Source of the DNA: Chloroflexota bacterium
Lineage (GTDB): Bacteria; Chloroflexota; Chloroflexia; QHBQ01
Assembly: GCA_043754535.1 (NCBI GenBank)
Contig: JAYUUN010000090.1
Location: 1-64,000 of the forward strand
DNA: 64,000 bases
Direction: 5' to 3'
In this document: in pieces, positions 40,232-49,733 of the stretch
How the letters are laid out: the number at the start of each line of letters is the position of its first letter
Position numbering within the stretch: the first letter of the stretch is position 1
The notes under the pieces: model-generated
The model's input: the letters and a program-made list of their open reading frames with translations, nothing else
What the model was told of the DNA's origin: nothing
Database searches by the model: none
Position numbers and translations under genes: made by a program

Positions 40232-42292
40232 ATGAACGACGAAATGGTAAAGGAAGACGAACTGGCAGAGCAAGAGCAGGCTAAGAAGCAGGCGCAGCAA
40301 CAGCAGCCACAAGCGAGCAGCCTCTTTGGGGCGATGAGTGCGCTGACGGGCGGTGGGCGGGAGCAGGCGAAGGACGAGGAGAAGGATGCTCCTGCCCGCG
40401 TTTCCCTCAGCCGCGGCAAGCTGATCGGCACTTACCGCCGCCTGTTTGCCTACGTGCGACCCTACTTCGGTAGGATGGCAGTAGCTATTGTGCTTATGAT
40501 CGGCGGCTCGCTGGTCACGCTGGCAGTACCGCAGGGTTTGGGCAAGGTGATCGATACCGTCTTCGTTGACCGTAGTGGTAGCGCACTAAATGCCGTTACC
40601 CTGCTACTTGTTGGCCTGTTCGTCTTGCAGAGCGCACTCAGCCTCGGTCAAACCTATCTACTAGCCTATGTCGCAGAGCGCGTCTTTGCCAATATGCGCT
40701 TCGACATCTTCAAGCACTTGCAGAAGCTGGATTTGCGTTTCTACAACAACAACCGCACGGGGGAGATCATCTCACGCCTGACCAACGACGTGGTGAAGGT
40801 GCAGGCAGCAATCACCAACAACCTCGTCAGCCTGATTACCCAGTTGATCACCCTGGTCGGCGGCGTAGCGATCATCCTGGTCACTAACTGGCGGTTGGCT
40901 CTGGTCATCCTCGTGCTGGTGCCTATCATCGTGGCGGTAGCGATTGTCTTCGGTGGCCGCGTCCGCAAGCTGTCGGACAAGACACAGAAAGCGGTGGGTG
41001 AGGCGACAGTGGTGGTCGAGGAGGTCTTGACTAACATCCGCACGGTCAAGGCCTTTGCCAACGAGGATTTTGAGACGCGTCGCTTTGGCGGCAGTGTGGA
41101 GAAGGTCTTCAACCTGGCAATGAGCCGCGTGCGGATGACCGCCATCTTCGTGCCGCTGATCACCTTTGTTGCCTTCGGTTCCATCGCCGCTGTCCTCTGG
41201 TTCGGCGGGCAGGAGGTGCTGGCTGGAAGGTTGACGGCGGGCCAACTGGTCTCCTTCATCGTCACCATGTTCATCGTGATCGGCCCGATCTCTAGCCTGG
41301 CTACCCTCTACACCCAGTTGCAGGAGGCTATGGCCTCGGCAGACCGCGTGTTCGAGATACTTGACGCACAGGAGGACATCAAGGACGCGCCCAATGCCCC
41401 AGCTCTGCCCCCCGTGCGCGGCGCACTCGCCTTCGAGCAGGTCAGCTTTGCCTACCGCGACAGCACGCCAGAGGGTGGCAGCCTGGGCGAAGTGGGCAAG
41501 CACAAGCTGAACACAGGCAGCGACGACCACGACAGCTTCGGACCGCCGATCCTGATTGACCTCAGTTGGCAGGCTGCGCCAGGGCAGGTAGTCGCCCTGG
41601 TGGGGCCGAGCGGCGCGGGTAAGACGACGGTCGCCAACCTGATCCCCCGCTTCTACGACCCTACCAGTGGGCGTATCACCGTGGACGGCTACGACATCAA
41701 GGGGGTACAGAGCCACAGCCTGCGCGCTCAACTCGCTATCGTGCCGCAGGAAGCAGCCCTATTCGGCGGCACCATCCGCGAGAACATCACCTACGGCAGG
41801 TTGGATGCAACCGACGCAGAGATCGTAGCAGCAGCACAGGCAGCCAACGCCCATGACTTTATCAGCGGCTTCCCCGAAGGCTACGAGGCAGTGGTTGGCG
41901 AACGGGGGGTCAAGCTCTCTGGCGGCCAGAAGCAGCGCATCGCTATCGCCCGCGCCATCCTGCGAGACCCGCGCATCCTGATTTTGGACGAAGCGACCAG
42001 CAGCCTGGACAACGAGTCGGAGCATCTGGTGCAAGAGGCTCTGGATCGGCTGATGAAGGGGCGTACCACCCTGGTGATCGCCCACCGCTTGACCACGATT
42101 GAGAAGGCAGACAAAATCCTGGTGCTAGAGCGCGGACGGCTGATCGAAGAAGGTACACACCGCGAACTAATGCAGCGCGAGGGTCTCTACTACCGCCTCT
42201 ACACCCGCGACTTCGCCGAGGAAGCGGTAGCGGTAGCGGCGTTAGCCCAGGTGCGGCACCCCCACAAGCAGCAAGCCCACCAGCACAACTAG
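40232..42292 (+). CDS. ABC exporter, fused TMD-NBD (MsbA-like)
   Basis: 6 TMs, GPSGAGKT, LSGGQKQR, LDEATS, IAHRL. Confidence 0.92.
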   Translation: MNDEMVKEDELAEQEQAKKQAQQQQPQASSLFGAMSALTGGGREQAKDEEKDAPARVSLSRGKLIGTYRRLFAYVRPYFGRMAVAIVLMIGGSLVTLAVPQGLGKVIDTVFVDRSGSALNAVTLLLVGLFVLQSALSLGQTYLLAYVAERVFANMRFDIFKHLQKLDLRFYNNNRTGEIISRLTNDVVKVQAAITNNLVSLITQLITLVGGVAIILVTNWRLALVILVLVPIIVAVAIVFGGRVRKLSDKTQKAVGEATVVVEEVLTNIRTVKAFANEDFETRRFGGSVEKVFNLAMSRVRMTAIFVPLITFVAFGSIAAVLWFGGQEVLAGRLTAGQLVSFIVTMFIVIGPISSLATLYTQLQEAMASADRVFEILDAQEDIKDAPNAPALPPVRGALAFEQVSFAYRDSTPEGGSLGEVGKHKLNTGSDDHDSFGPPILIDLSWQAAPGQVVALVGPSGAGKTTVANLIPRFYDPTSGRITVDGYDIKGVQSHSLRAQLAIVPQEAALFGGTIRENITYGRLDATDAEIVAAAQAANAHDFISGFPEGYEAVVGERGVKLSGGQKQRIAIARAILRDPRILILDEATSSLDNESEHLVQEALDRLMKGRTTLVIAHRLTTIEKADKILVLERGRLIEEGTHRELMQREGLYYRLYTRDFAEEAVAVAALAQVRHPHKQQAHQHN

Positions 42293-43345
42293 CAGCAGCG
42301 CGAGACTGACCAGCAACATGGGTCTCCGCCGCAAATCGCTGGCTTTTAGGGCGCGGGTAGGCAGGGCTGGCCCCTTTACGTAGTTGGCGGGTCGGGGTAC
42401 TACCACGCGGGGTTCGGCGCGTTTCGGTGGCGGCGGGTGCTGGGAGAGTGGCACTTTGTTCAGCTGCGTCGTCGGGGGCGCGGAGCGGCGGGCGCGCTGG
42501 GTGGCGGCTGCACTGTACCAGGGGATGAAGAAGCCGCGTAGGGCAGCAGCGAACTCAGTCATGCTTTGGTAACGCCCGCTAGCTTCCTTCGCTGTAGCCT
42601 GGGCTACGATAGCCACTAGTTCGGCGGGCAGTTGGGGGCGTAGCCGAGCCAGCGGTAGCGGTTGGTGGAGCAACTGCTGCTGCACAATACTGCCAACATC
42701 TCCCCTGAAGGCGGCCTGCCCCGCCAGCATCTCGTAGAGGATCAGGCCGAGGGCGTAGATGTCTGCGCTGGGGGTGAACGGCTCGCCGCGCACCAGTTCG
42801 GGCGCAAGGTAGGCGGCATTGCCGTACAGCTTGCTGATGTCCAGTAGGGGGTCTGGCTGTAGCGATCGGATCGGGGCGGCCAAGCCAAAGTCGGTCAGCA
42901 GTACGCTGCCACTGCGGGGCAACAGGATGTTGCTGGGCTTCAGGTTGGCGTGGCCCACCCCCAGCCCATGAGCGTAGGCGAGGCTATCGGCGGCAGTGGT
43001 TGCCACCCGCACCGCCTGCTCTACGGTGATCGGCTGGCCGAGGTCAAGCTGCTGCAAGTGCGGCAACGGCGTGTAGTCGCTGACGATGTAGTAGTAGGCA
43101 ATCGCGCTGCTGAACTCACGCACTGGCACGATGCCAGGGTGCTGTAGCTGACGGGCCGCCGCCACTGCCTGTCGCACGCGAGCCAACAACTCAGGGTTGG
43201 CCCTGCTAGCCTCGTTCAGCAGCTTGAGGGCGACCACCTGACCGCTGCGGAGGTCGCTGGCACGCCAGAGTGTACCGAGCCTGCCTGCCCCGCCGCAGTC
43301 TAGCAAACGCCACCGCCCGATTAGTTTGTTACGATCTGCATCCAC
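42242..43345 (-). CDS. Membrane-anchored Hanks-type Ser/Thr kinase domain, probably a pseudokinase
   Basis: VALK, HANLKPSN (HRD lost), DFG, APE, DIYALG; C-terminal TM. Confidence 0.85.
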   Translation of the reverse strand: MDADRNKLIGRWRLLDCGGAGRLGTLWRASDLRSGQVVALKLLNEASRANPELLARVRQAVAAARQLQHPGIVPVREFSSAIAYYYIVSDYTPLPHLQQLDLGQPITVEQAVRVATTAADSLAYAHGLGVGHANLKPSNILLPRSGSVLLTDFGLAAPIRSLQPDPLLDISKLYGNAAYLAPELVRGEPFTPSADIYALGLILYEMLAGQAAFRGDVGSIVQQQLLHQPLPLARLRPQLPAELVAIVAQATAKEASGRYQSMTEFAAALRGFFIPWYSAAATQRARRSAPPTTQLNKVPLSQHPPPPKRAEPRVVVPRPANYVKGPALPTRALKASDLRRRPMLLVSLALLLVVLVGLLLVGVPHLG

Positions 43346-43399
43346 CCCTCTATTCTATCACATCTGCACGCAACTTGCACACTCGCACATCAACTTGAG

Positions 43400-44389
43400 C
43401 TAGACTGTCCAAACCTGATCATCGCCACCGCTCAGCCATAAGGTGGGGCTGCTAGCTAATCGCCCCTTCGTATTTACAATGATCACCCCAGTGAGGGCAA
43501 CCGCTCCGCCGAGCAAGGCCAGCAGCGGCGGCACCTCAGCCAGCCAGAGCCAGGCGATCAGGGTGGCAAGCGGCGGCACCAGGTAGAGGAAGCTGACCGT
43601 GCGGCTGGCGGTCAGCTTCGCCAAGACCAGCGTCCAGGTGACATAGGCCAGGGCTGCTGGGAAGATGCCGAGGTACAGACCGGCGGCGGTCGCCCCAGGG
43701 TCGGCGGTCGGTAGCCTACCGAGCAGTTCGGGCAGGAAGACCAGCATGAACAGTGTCCCCGCCCAAATACCGTAGGAGGTCATCTGCAAGGCCGTGTACT
43801 TCTTCAGCAGCGGCTTCTGCAAGACGAAGTAGAGGCTGCCACTGAAGGCCGCCAGCAGGATGAGCAGCGCATTAGGGTCAAAACGGAAGCCTTCGGCCTT
43901 GCTAAGGGAGATGATCGTCACCCCAATGAAGCTGACGATGATCCCCACCCAGCCCCACACCTTCAGCCGCTCACCCAGCAGGGCGGTGGCAAGCAGGGCG
44001 GTGAAGATCGGCGAGGCGTTGATCAGGAAGCTGGCTGGCCCGGCTGGTACGCTGACTTCGCCATAGTTGAGGGCGACGTGGTAGACGGTGATGCCAACAA
44101 AGCCGAGCGGTAGCAGTCGTAGCCAGTCGCGGAGAGGCGGCAACGGCATTCTGCTGGCTGCTGCGTAGACTGCCAGGGCCGCCGATGCAGTGAGGAAGCG
44201 GAGCAGGGCGAGGCTACCCGGCTGGTAGCCACCAGGGTGGGTACTGCTCGCCAGCCCAGCCCGGATCGCCGCGAACGCACTTGCCCACAGCACGATGGTG
44301 ATCAGGATGAATAGGAGGGTGCGCCCGTCGAGGGTAGCGGGGGCAGGCTTGATCGCCTCTGTCTGCTTTGCATCTACTTTAACCTGCAT
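43400..44389 (-). CDS. EamA/DMT-family transporter
   Basis: Ten TMs; LWASAFAAIR, LLRF, LGERL. Confidence 0.9.
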   Translation of the reverse strand: MQVKVDAKQTEAIKPAPATLDGRTLLFILITIVLWASAFAAIRAGLASSTHPGGYQPGSLALLRFLTASAALAVYAAASRMPLPPLRDWLRLLPLGFVGITVYHVALNYGEVSVPAGPASFLINASPIFTALLATALLGERLKVWGWVGIIVSFIGVTIISLSKAEGFRFDPNALLILLAAFSGSLYFVLQKPLLKKYTALQMTSYGIWAGTLFMLVFLPELLGRLPTADPGATAAGLYLGIFPAALAYVTWTLVLAKLTASRTVSFLYLVPPLATLIAWLWLAEVPPLLALLGGAVALTGVIIVNTKGRLASSPTLWLSGGDDQVWTV

Positions 44390-44437
44390 TGAATCCTGTA
44401 ACTTTCTGTCATTTGCCTGAACAATACTAGGTCCAGT

Positions 44438-45412
44438 TTAGTAACCCGCTCGCTTGTCCACCACGTTACGTAGCTGCTCGCCAGCGGCAAAACGGTGGTA
44501 GTTTTCGATAAACAGGTCAATTGCCCGCTGCTGCACATGAGGTGAACTCCAGGTGAGGTGCGGGGTGAGGATCACGCGGCTGGCGGGTAGGCTGTAGAGC
44601 GGGTGGCTGCTGGGTAGCGGCTCCTCGGCAAAAGCGTCGAGCGCAGCCCCGGCGATCCGCCCCTCTTGCAGCGCAGCCAGCAATGCATCCTCATCCACGA
44701 TCTCGCCACGGGCGATATTGAGCAACCAGGCGGTCGGCTTCATCCGACCCAGAGTGGGCGCGTCGAAGGCGTGGCGGGTGTCAGTGGTCAGCGGCAAGCA
44801 GATCGCCACATAGTCGGCCTCGGCCAGCTTCGCCCGCCACGCCCTGGCACCGCTGACTAGCTCAACCCCAGCAATCTGCGCCCGCTGCTGGCTACCACTG
44901 CTGGCGGCGATCACCCGCAACCCGAAGGGGAGGGCGCGCTTCGCCACCTCCTGCCCAATCGCCCCATAGCCGACGATCAGCAGCGTCTTGTCACTCAACT
45001 CTTGTAGCTTGAGGTCGTCAGCCCAGCGATGTTCAGCCTGGGCCGCCAACAACTCTGGCACCCGCTTGGCCGCCAGCAGAATGTAGGTGATGACCCATTC
45101 GGCGATGGGGATGGCGTGTACGCCGCTGGAGTTGGTGAGGATTACCTCACTCTCCACCAGAGCTGGAAAGAGTACCTGGTCCAGCCCAGCGGAGGGGGTA
45201 TGCATCCACTTCAGCCCTTTCGCCTGCTCAAAGACGCGCTCGCTGGTCTGCTTCGGCGACCACCAGCGCAGGAAGATAGCTGCGTCGCTGAGGTCGGTGG
45301 CGGCTTGTCCCGCTTCGTCTACGCTAATGAACTGCACGGCAGGCAAGGCAGCGCGCAGGCTGGCGAACAACTTGTTCTCGGCCAATGTCCAGGTGACGAT
45401 CACTTTATCCAC
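44438..45412 (-). CDS. D-2-hydroxyacid dehydrogenase
   Basis: GYGAIG, NIARG, LDAFAEEPL, TPH. Confidence 0.9.
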   Translation of the reverse strand: MDKVIVTWTLAENKLFASLRAALPAVQFISVDEAGQAATDLSDAAIFLRWWSPKQTSERVFEQAKGLKWMHTPSAGLDQVLFPALVESEVILTNSSGVHAIPIAEWVITYILLAAKRVPELLAAQAEHRWADDLKLQELSDKTLLIVGYGAIGQEVAKRALPFGLRVIAASSGSQQRAQIAGVELVSGARAWRAKLAEADYVAICLPLTTDTRHAFDAPTLGRMKPTAWLLNIARGEIVDEDALLAALQEGRIAGAALDAFAEEPLPSSHPLYSLPASRVILTPHLTWSSPHVQQRAIDLFIENYHRFAAGEQLRNVVDKRAGY

Positions 45413-46064
45413 AGTTACTCCCTTGCAAGAGAAGGCTGGCGCGGGGGCAGGTGTTAGCGTAGCTGCTGCAAAGGCGCAAGGCGCAGCGGTCAGGACTAAA
45501 GCCCACCGCTAGTAGCGCGCTGTAGACGACGCAGAGTGGCAGGCCCATCACATTGCTGTAGCAGCCTTCGATGCTGGCGACCGGGTGGAAGCCCTGGTGC
45601 TGGATCGCATACGCCCCCGCCTTGTCGAAGGGGTCGCCACCCGCAATGTAGGCTGCAATCTCAGCCTCGTCGTACTCGCGCATCAGCACAGTGGTAGACA
45701 CCATCTCGCTGGCCTGGTAGACCCCGGCGCGGGTGACGCTCACCGAGGTGATCACCTGGTGCGTGCTGCCTCGCAGCGAACGGAGCATAGCAGCGGCGGT
45801 GGCGGCATGGTGTGGCTTGCCCAAGGCGGCCTGACCCAGGGCCACCGTCGAGTCGGCCCCGATCACATAGGCGGCAGGCTGCTGACTGGCTAGCAGGGTG
45901 GCCTTGGCTTGTGCCAGCCGTAGGGTCATAGGGCCAGGTTCTTCGCCCGGCAGGATCGTCTCGTCAAGATCGGCGGGCAGGATGCTGAAGGTGAGGCCGA
46001 GGCTGGCTAGCAGTTCGCGGCGGCGGGGTGAGGAGGAGGCTAGGATCAGGCTGGCTTGGCTCAA
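45405..46064 (-). CDS. maf: Maf-family nucleoside triphosphate pyrophosphatase
   Basis: LILASSSPRRRELL, GADSTV, DKAGAY, NVMGLP. Confidence 0.92.
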   Translation of the reverse strand: MSQASLILASSSPRRRELLASLGLTFSILPADLDETILPGEEPGPMTLRLAQAKATLLASQQPAAYVIGADSTVALGQAALGKPHHAATAAAMLRSLRGSTHQVITSVSVTRAGVYQASEMVSTTVLMREYDEAEIAAYIAGGDPFDKAGAYAIQHQGFHPVASIEGCYSNVMGLPLCVVYSALLAVGFSPDRCALRLCSSYANTCPRASLLLQGSNCG

Positions 46065-46065
46065 G

Positions 46066-46575
46066 CTACTCTCCCATGATGTTGAAGTAGTACCACAGCA
46101 CCACCTTGCCACCCTGCCAGTCGGGTAGCCGCACTGCATAGCGGCCCGGCCCTAGATTGCGCCCCTGCAACTGCTGAGTGGGGGTGAGGATCAACACCTG
46201 GGTGGGGTAGTTGGTCATTGGCTGAGTGCTAAGGGATATAGTAACCGGGGTCGTCTCGTCCAGCTTGAGCATACTGTAGTCGGCAGCGGGGAGCAGGGCA
46301 GGCTGAGCAATCCGCAGACTGTTGAGGGTGCCGCCCAATAGATTGGGGGCAACCTTCGGGCTGTCCTCAAGCGCGAGGCTATCAGTCGTCACCGCCTGTA
46401 CCTCTACCGTCCCCAGGCGGGTATTGAGCAGTAGCCCACGACCAAGATATTCGGGGAGGTCGGGCGTGGCGGTAGGACCACTGAGGGTCTGCTGGCTGCT
46501 GTCGCTGTCGCAGGCCAATAGGCACAGGGCAAGCACAACGGTCAGCAGGGACGACAAAAACGTTCGTGGACGCAC
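46066..46575 (-). CDS. Hypothetical lipoprotein
   Basis: Lipobox LLAC; translationally adjacent to maf. Confidence 0.65.
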   Translation of the reverse strand: MRPRTFLSSLLTVVLALCLLACDSDSSQQTLSGPTATPDLPEYLGRGLLLNTRLGTVEVQAVTTDSLALEDSPKVAPNLLGGTLNSLRIAQPALLPAADYSMLKLDETTPVTISLSTQPMTNYPTQVLILTPTQQLQGRNLGPGRYAVRLPDWQGGKVVLWYYFNIMGE

Positions 46576-46708
46576 GGCTCCTCCGCATCAATAGCGTTTC
46601 TCGCCCCATTGTAATCCCCACGCTCGCAGGTGTCAACCAGCGTGCTGATTGACAGGGCGGCCCATGCTTTGCTATAGTAGCTCCATCCACACCACAGGAG
46701 TTCCTTCT

Positions 46709-47896
46709 TTGAAAGTGAAGCCGATCCTTGCTCTGCTGACCGCCGGGGTAGTGGGTATGACCGCCTACCAGTACCGCCTGCTACGCCAGTGGGTGCAGTT
46801 GCCAACCGTCAAGTGGCAGGCAGGCGACCACCCGCCTCCCCGCCTCTCGGTGATCGTCCCTGCCCGCAACGAGGAGACGAATATCGAACGCTGTGCCGTT
46901 GCGCTGCTCGAACAGGATTACCCCCGCGACAGGTATGAACTGCTAGTCCTCGATGATAAATCTAGCGACACGACCCCGGCGATCCTGAGCAGGCTGGCTG
47001 CCCGCTACCCCCACTTGCGTGTACTACAGGGCAGTTCCCTACCGCCCGGCTGGACAGGCAAGAGCAACGCACTCTGGACGGCGCAGGCAAGGGCGGACGC
47101 GGCTAGCGAGTGGCTGATCTTTATTGACGCAGATACTGAGGCGCAGCCGCACGCCCTAACTTCAGCAGTCAGCTATGCCCAGCAGCACGAACTAGACCTC
47201 CTTTCTCTCCACCCCAGCCAACGGCTAGGTAGCTTCTGGGAGAAGGTGGTGCAGCCAGTAGTCTTCCTCTCGATCATCTTCGACCGACCGCTGAACCGGG
47301 TCAACGACGACGACGACGAGCTAGCCGCTGCCAACGGTCAGTTCCTGATGGTCAGGCGCAGCAGCTACGACGACCTGGGCGGCCATGCGGCGGTCAAGGG
47401 GCGGATCATCGAAGACTACGCCCTGGCTGAGTTGTTCAAGGGTTCAGGCTGCAAGGTGCGGCTGCTGGTTGGCTTCGACATGATCGCCACACGGATGTAT
47501 ACCGGGCTGGGTTCACTATTTGAGGGCTGGAGCAAGAACTTCTTTGTTGCCCTGGGTAGCCCGCTCAATGGCGCAGCGGCGGCGGTGGCGATCTTCGCCG
47601 ATACAGTATTGCCCTTCGCTCTCCTGCTAGGCGGGCTGGTGGGGGTCGCGCTCAGGCGCAGCAGCGACACGGCGCGGGCTATCTTGCTGGCTGGGGCAGT
47701 GCAGAGTGGTAGCATCCTGCTCTTGCGCGCCTACGGCAACCGCGCAATCAAGCTCGCGCCCGCCTGGGGGCTTACCCATCCGCTCGGCGGGCTGGTCGTC
47801 CTTGCTATCCTCGGCAACTCAATGTACCGTATCTTGAGCGGTAAGGGCGTTACCTGGAAGGCGCGTAGTTACAACGAAAACAGTGGCACAGTTTGA
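46709..47896 (+). CDS. GT2 glycosyltransferase (CruC/HpnB-like)
   Basis: VPARNEE, DDKS, GWTGK, FIDAD, ANGQF, EDYAL, RMY..GWSKN. Confidence 0.88.
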   Translation: MKVKPILALLTAGVVGMTAYQYRLLRQWVQLPTVKWQAGDHPPPRLSVIVPARNEETNIERCAVALLEQDYPRDRYELLVLDDKSSDTTPAILSRLAARYPHLRVLQGSSLPPGWTGKSNALWTAQARADAASEWLIFIDADTEAQPHALTSAVSYAQQHELDLLSLHPSQRLGSFWEKVVQPVVFLSIIFDRPLNRVNDDDDELAAANGQFLMVRRSSYDDLGGHAAVKGRIIEDYALAELFKGSGCKVRLLVGFDMIATRMYTGLGSLFEGWSKNFFVALGSPLNGAAAAVAIFADTVLPFALLLGGLVGVALRRSSDTARAILLAGAVQSGSILLLRAYGNRAIKLAPAWGLTHPLGGLVVLAILGNSMYRILSGKGVTWKARSYNENSGTV

Positions 47897-48528
47897 TGAT
47901 TGACATCACCATCCCCTTCAGCAGCCACCTGCCAGTCTACCCTGGCGACCCCCCGCCAGAGGTGGTAATAGAGCAGGCGGGCGGCGCAACGATCAGCCAC
48001 CTGCGCCTGAGCAGCCACGCCGGGACGCACGTTGATGCACCACGCCACCTGTTCGCGGGCGGCCTGACGGTGGATGCGCTGTCGCTCGATCTACTCTGCG
48101 GCCCCTGCTATGTCGCCGAGGTAGGCAGCACTCTAGGCCAGCCACTCACCCCCGCCGACTTCGCAAGCCTCAAGCTGCCGACCGACTGCACCCGCCTGCT
48201 GCTACGCACCCCCAACTCGGAGGCCGACTTGTGGCAGCAGGCGGGCTTCGCCAGCAACTATACTGCGCTTTCGCCCGCCGCCGCCTGGCTGCTAGCCTTG
48301 CCGCGCCCGCGTGGGGCTGGCCTCAAGCTGCTAGGCATTGACTACCTATCGGTTGACCCCTTCTGGGCGAAGGGGCTGCCCGCTCATCGCGCCCTGCTAG
48401 CCGCTGGCGTGGTGGTCGTCGAGGGGCTGGACTTGCGAACGGTGCGGGCCGGTGCCTACCAGCTAACCTGCCTGCCGCTCAAGCTGCTGGGCGGCGACGG
48501 CGCACCAGCACGGGTGCTACTGACCTGA
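47893..48528 (+). CDS. Cyclase family / kynurenine formamidase-like
   Basis: YPGDP, HAGTHVDAPRH, GIDYLSVD, GDGAPARV. Confidence 0.88.
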   Translation: MMIDITIPFSSHLPVYPGDPPPEVVIEQAGGATISHLRLSSHAGTHVDAPRHLFAGGLTVDALSLDLLCGPCYVAEVGSTLGQPLTPADFASLKLPTDCTRLLLRTPNSEADLWQQAGFASNYTALSPAAAWLLALPRPRGAGLKLLGIDYLSVDPFWAKGLPAHRALLAAGVVVVEGLDLRTVRAGAYQLTCLPLKLLGGDGAPARVLLT

Positions 48529-48602
48529 GGGTTGGAGCTTTTCACTTACTCCTGATTTGCTGTAACTATCCGCCTTCTCGCAGGCGATAGTGATCACCCC
48601 GA

Positions 48603-49697
48603 TCAAGCTCCGCCAGATGTAGCCCGCGCCCGATACCGTTCGCCAAGCTGGGCCATGAAGCGTAGGTTGTGGATCGTTGCTAGCCGCATGAAGCCTGCGT
48701 CGCCCAGCTTGAACAGGTGGTAGAGGTAGCCGAGTGAGTAGCGAGTGCAGGTCAGGCAGTCGCAGTAGGGCGAAATTGGGCGGTCAGCCTTGATCAGCTT
48801 GTCGTCGGTGGCGTAGAGGTAGGCGAACCAGTCGCCATACAGCCCGCTCTCGCTGGTAAAGGTGTAGAGGCGACCGTGCCGTGCATCGCGGGTGGGCAGC
48901 GCACTATCAGCCATCTCGTAGCCCTGATCGTGACACTGCACCACGCTGACCGGGTGGCCCACGCCCAGTGCGTGCATCGGCAGGTCACGGGGGATCATCT
49001 CGCGGGTGTAGCCGATGATCTCGGTCAGCAGGTTGCCTTTTGCGTCGAGCGGCCAGCCCCCGAAGCCGAAACCGTCGAAGCCGATCTCCAACAAGGCATC
49101 GGCGCACCGCTGGCGCAACTCGCGGTAGCCACCGCCCTGGATCACGCCAAAGAGCAGCGGGCGCGCCCCTGCCGCCAGCTTCTTCTGCTGCATCAAGTGG
49201 CTGAACTCATCCTTGCAACGCTTGGCCCAGTCAATTGTGCGCTTGACCGCAACTACCTGTGCGTCGTAGCCCTCGTCTACGTGGGTGCAGTCGTCCAGGC
49301 AAACTACTATATCTGCTCCATAGCTGACTTGTAGCTGGATCGTCTTTTCCGGGGTTAGGCTGAACTTGCGTTCCGCCCCATCGGGCTTGAAGTCCAACCC
49401 CCGGTTGCTGATCGTACCATACTTCGCGTTCTCGCGGATCAGCGAATAGGCCTGGAAGCCCCCGCTGTCGGTCATGATCGGGCCACGCCAACCGCTCATG
49501 CGGTGCAAGCCGCCCAACGCCTGGATCGTACTACTGCCCGGCCTCTGCATCAGGTGGAAGGTATTCATCACCAGGGCTGGTGTACCACAACCTTCGAGAT
49601 CGGCACTATCCAGGGTGCGGACGACCGCAAGGGTAGCATCGGGCAGGAAGGCAGGCAGCGACAGTTCGCCATGTGGCAGGCTCAGGCTATCTATCAT
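48603..49697 (-). CDS. tgt: tRNA-guanine transglycosylase family protein
   Basis: NTFHL, TDSGGFQ, GVIQGG, HALGVG, DSALPTRDARHG, CxCxxC..H Zn site. Confidence 0.85.
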   Translation of the reverse strand: MIDSLSLPHGELSLPAFLPDATLAVVRTLDSADLEGCGTPALVMNTFHLMQRPGSSTIQALGGLHRMSGWRGPIMTDSGGFQAYSLIRENAKYGTISNRGLDFKPDGAERKFSLTPEKTIQLQVSYGADIVVCLDDCTHVDEGYDAQVVAVKRTIDWAKRCKDEFSHLMQQKKLAAGARPLLFGVIQGGGYRELRQRCADALLEIGFDGFGFGGWPLDAKGNLLTEIIGYTREMIPRDLPMHALGVGHPVSVVQCHDQGYEMADSALPTRDARHGRLYTFTSESGLYGDWFAYLYATDDKLIKADRPISPYCDCLTCTRYSLGYLYHLFKLGDAGFMRLATIHNLRFMAQLGERYRARATSGGA

Positions 49698-49733
49698 AGC
49701 CTGTATTGTACCAAATTAAGTTACTGGCTCGCG

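Noticed and set aside
42242..42292. 51-bp convergent overlap between the ABC exporter and kinase genes
   Set aside because: Short 3' overlaps of non-conserved tails are common.
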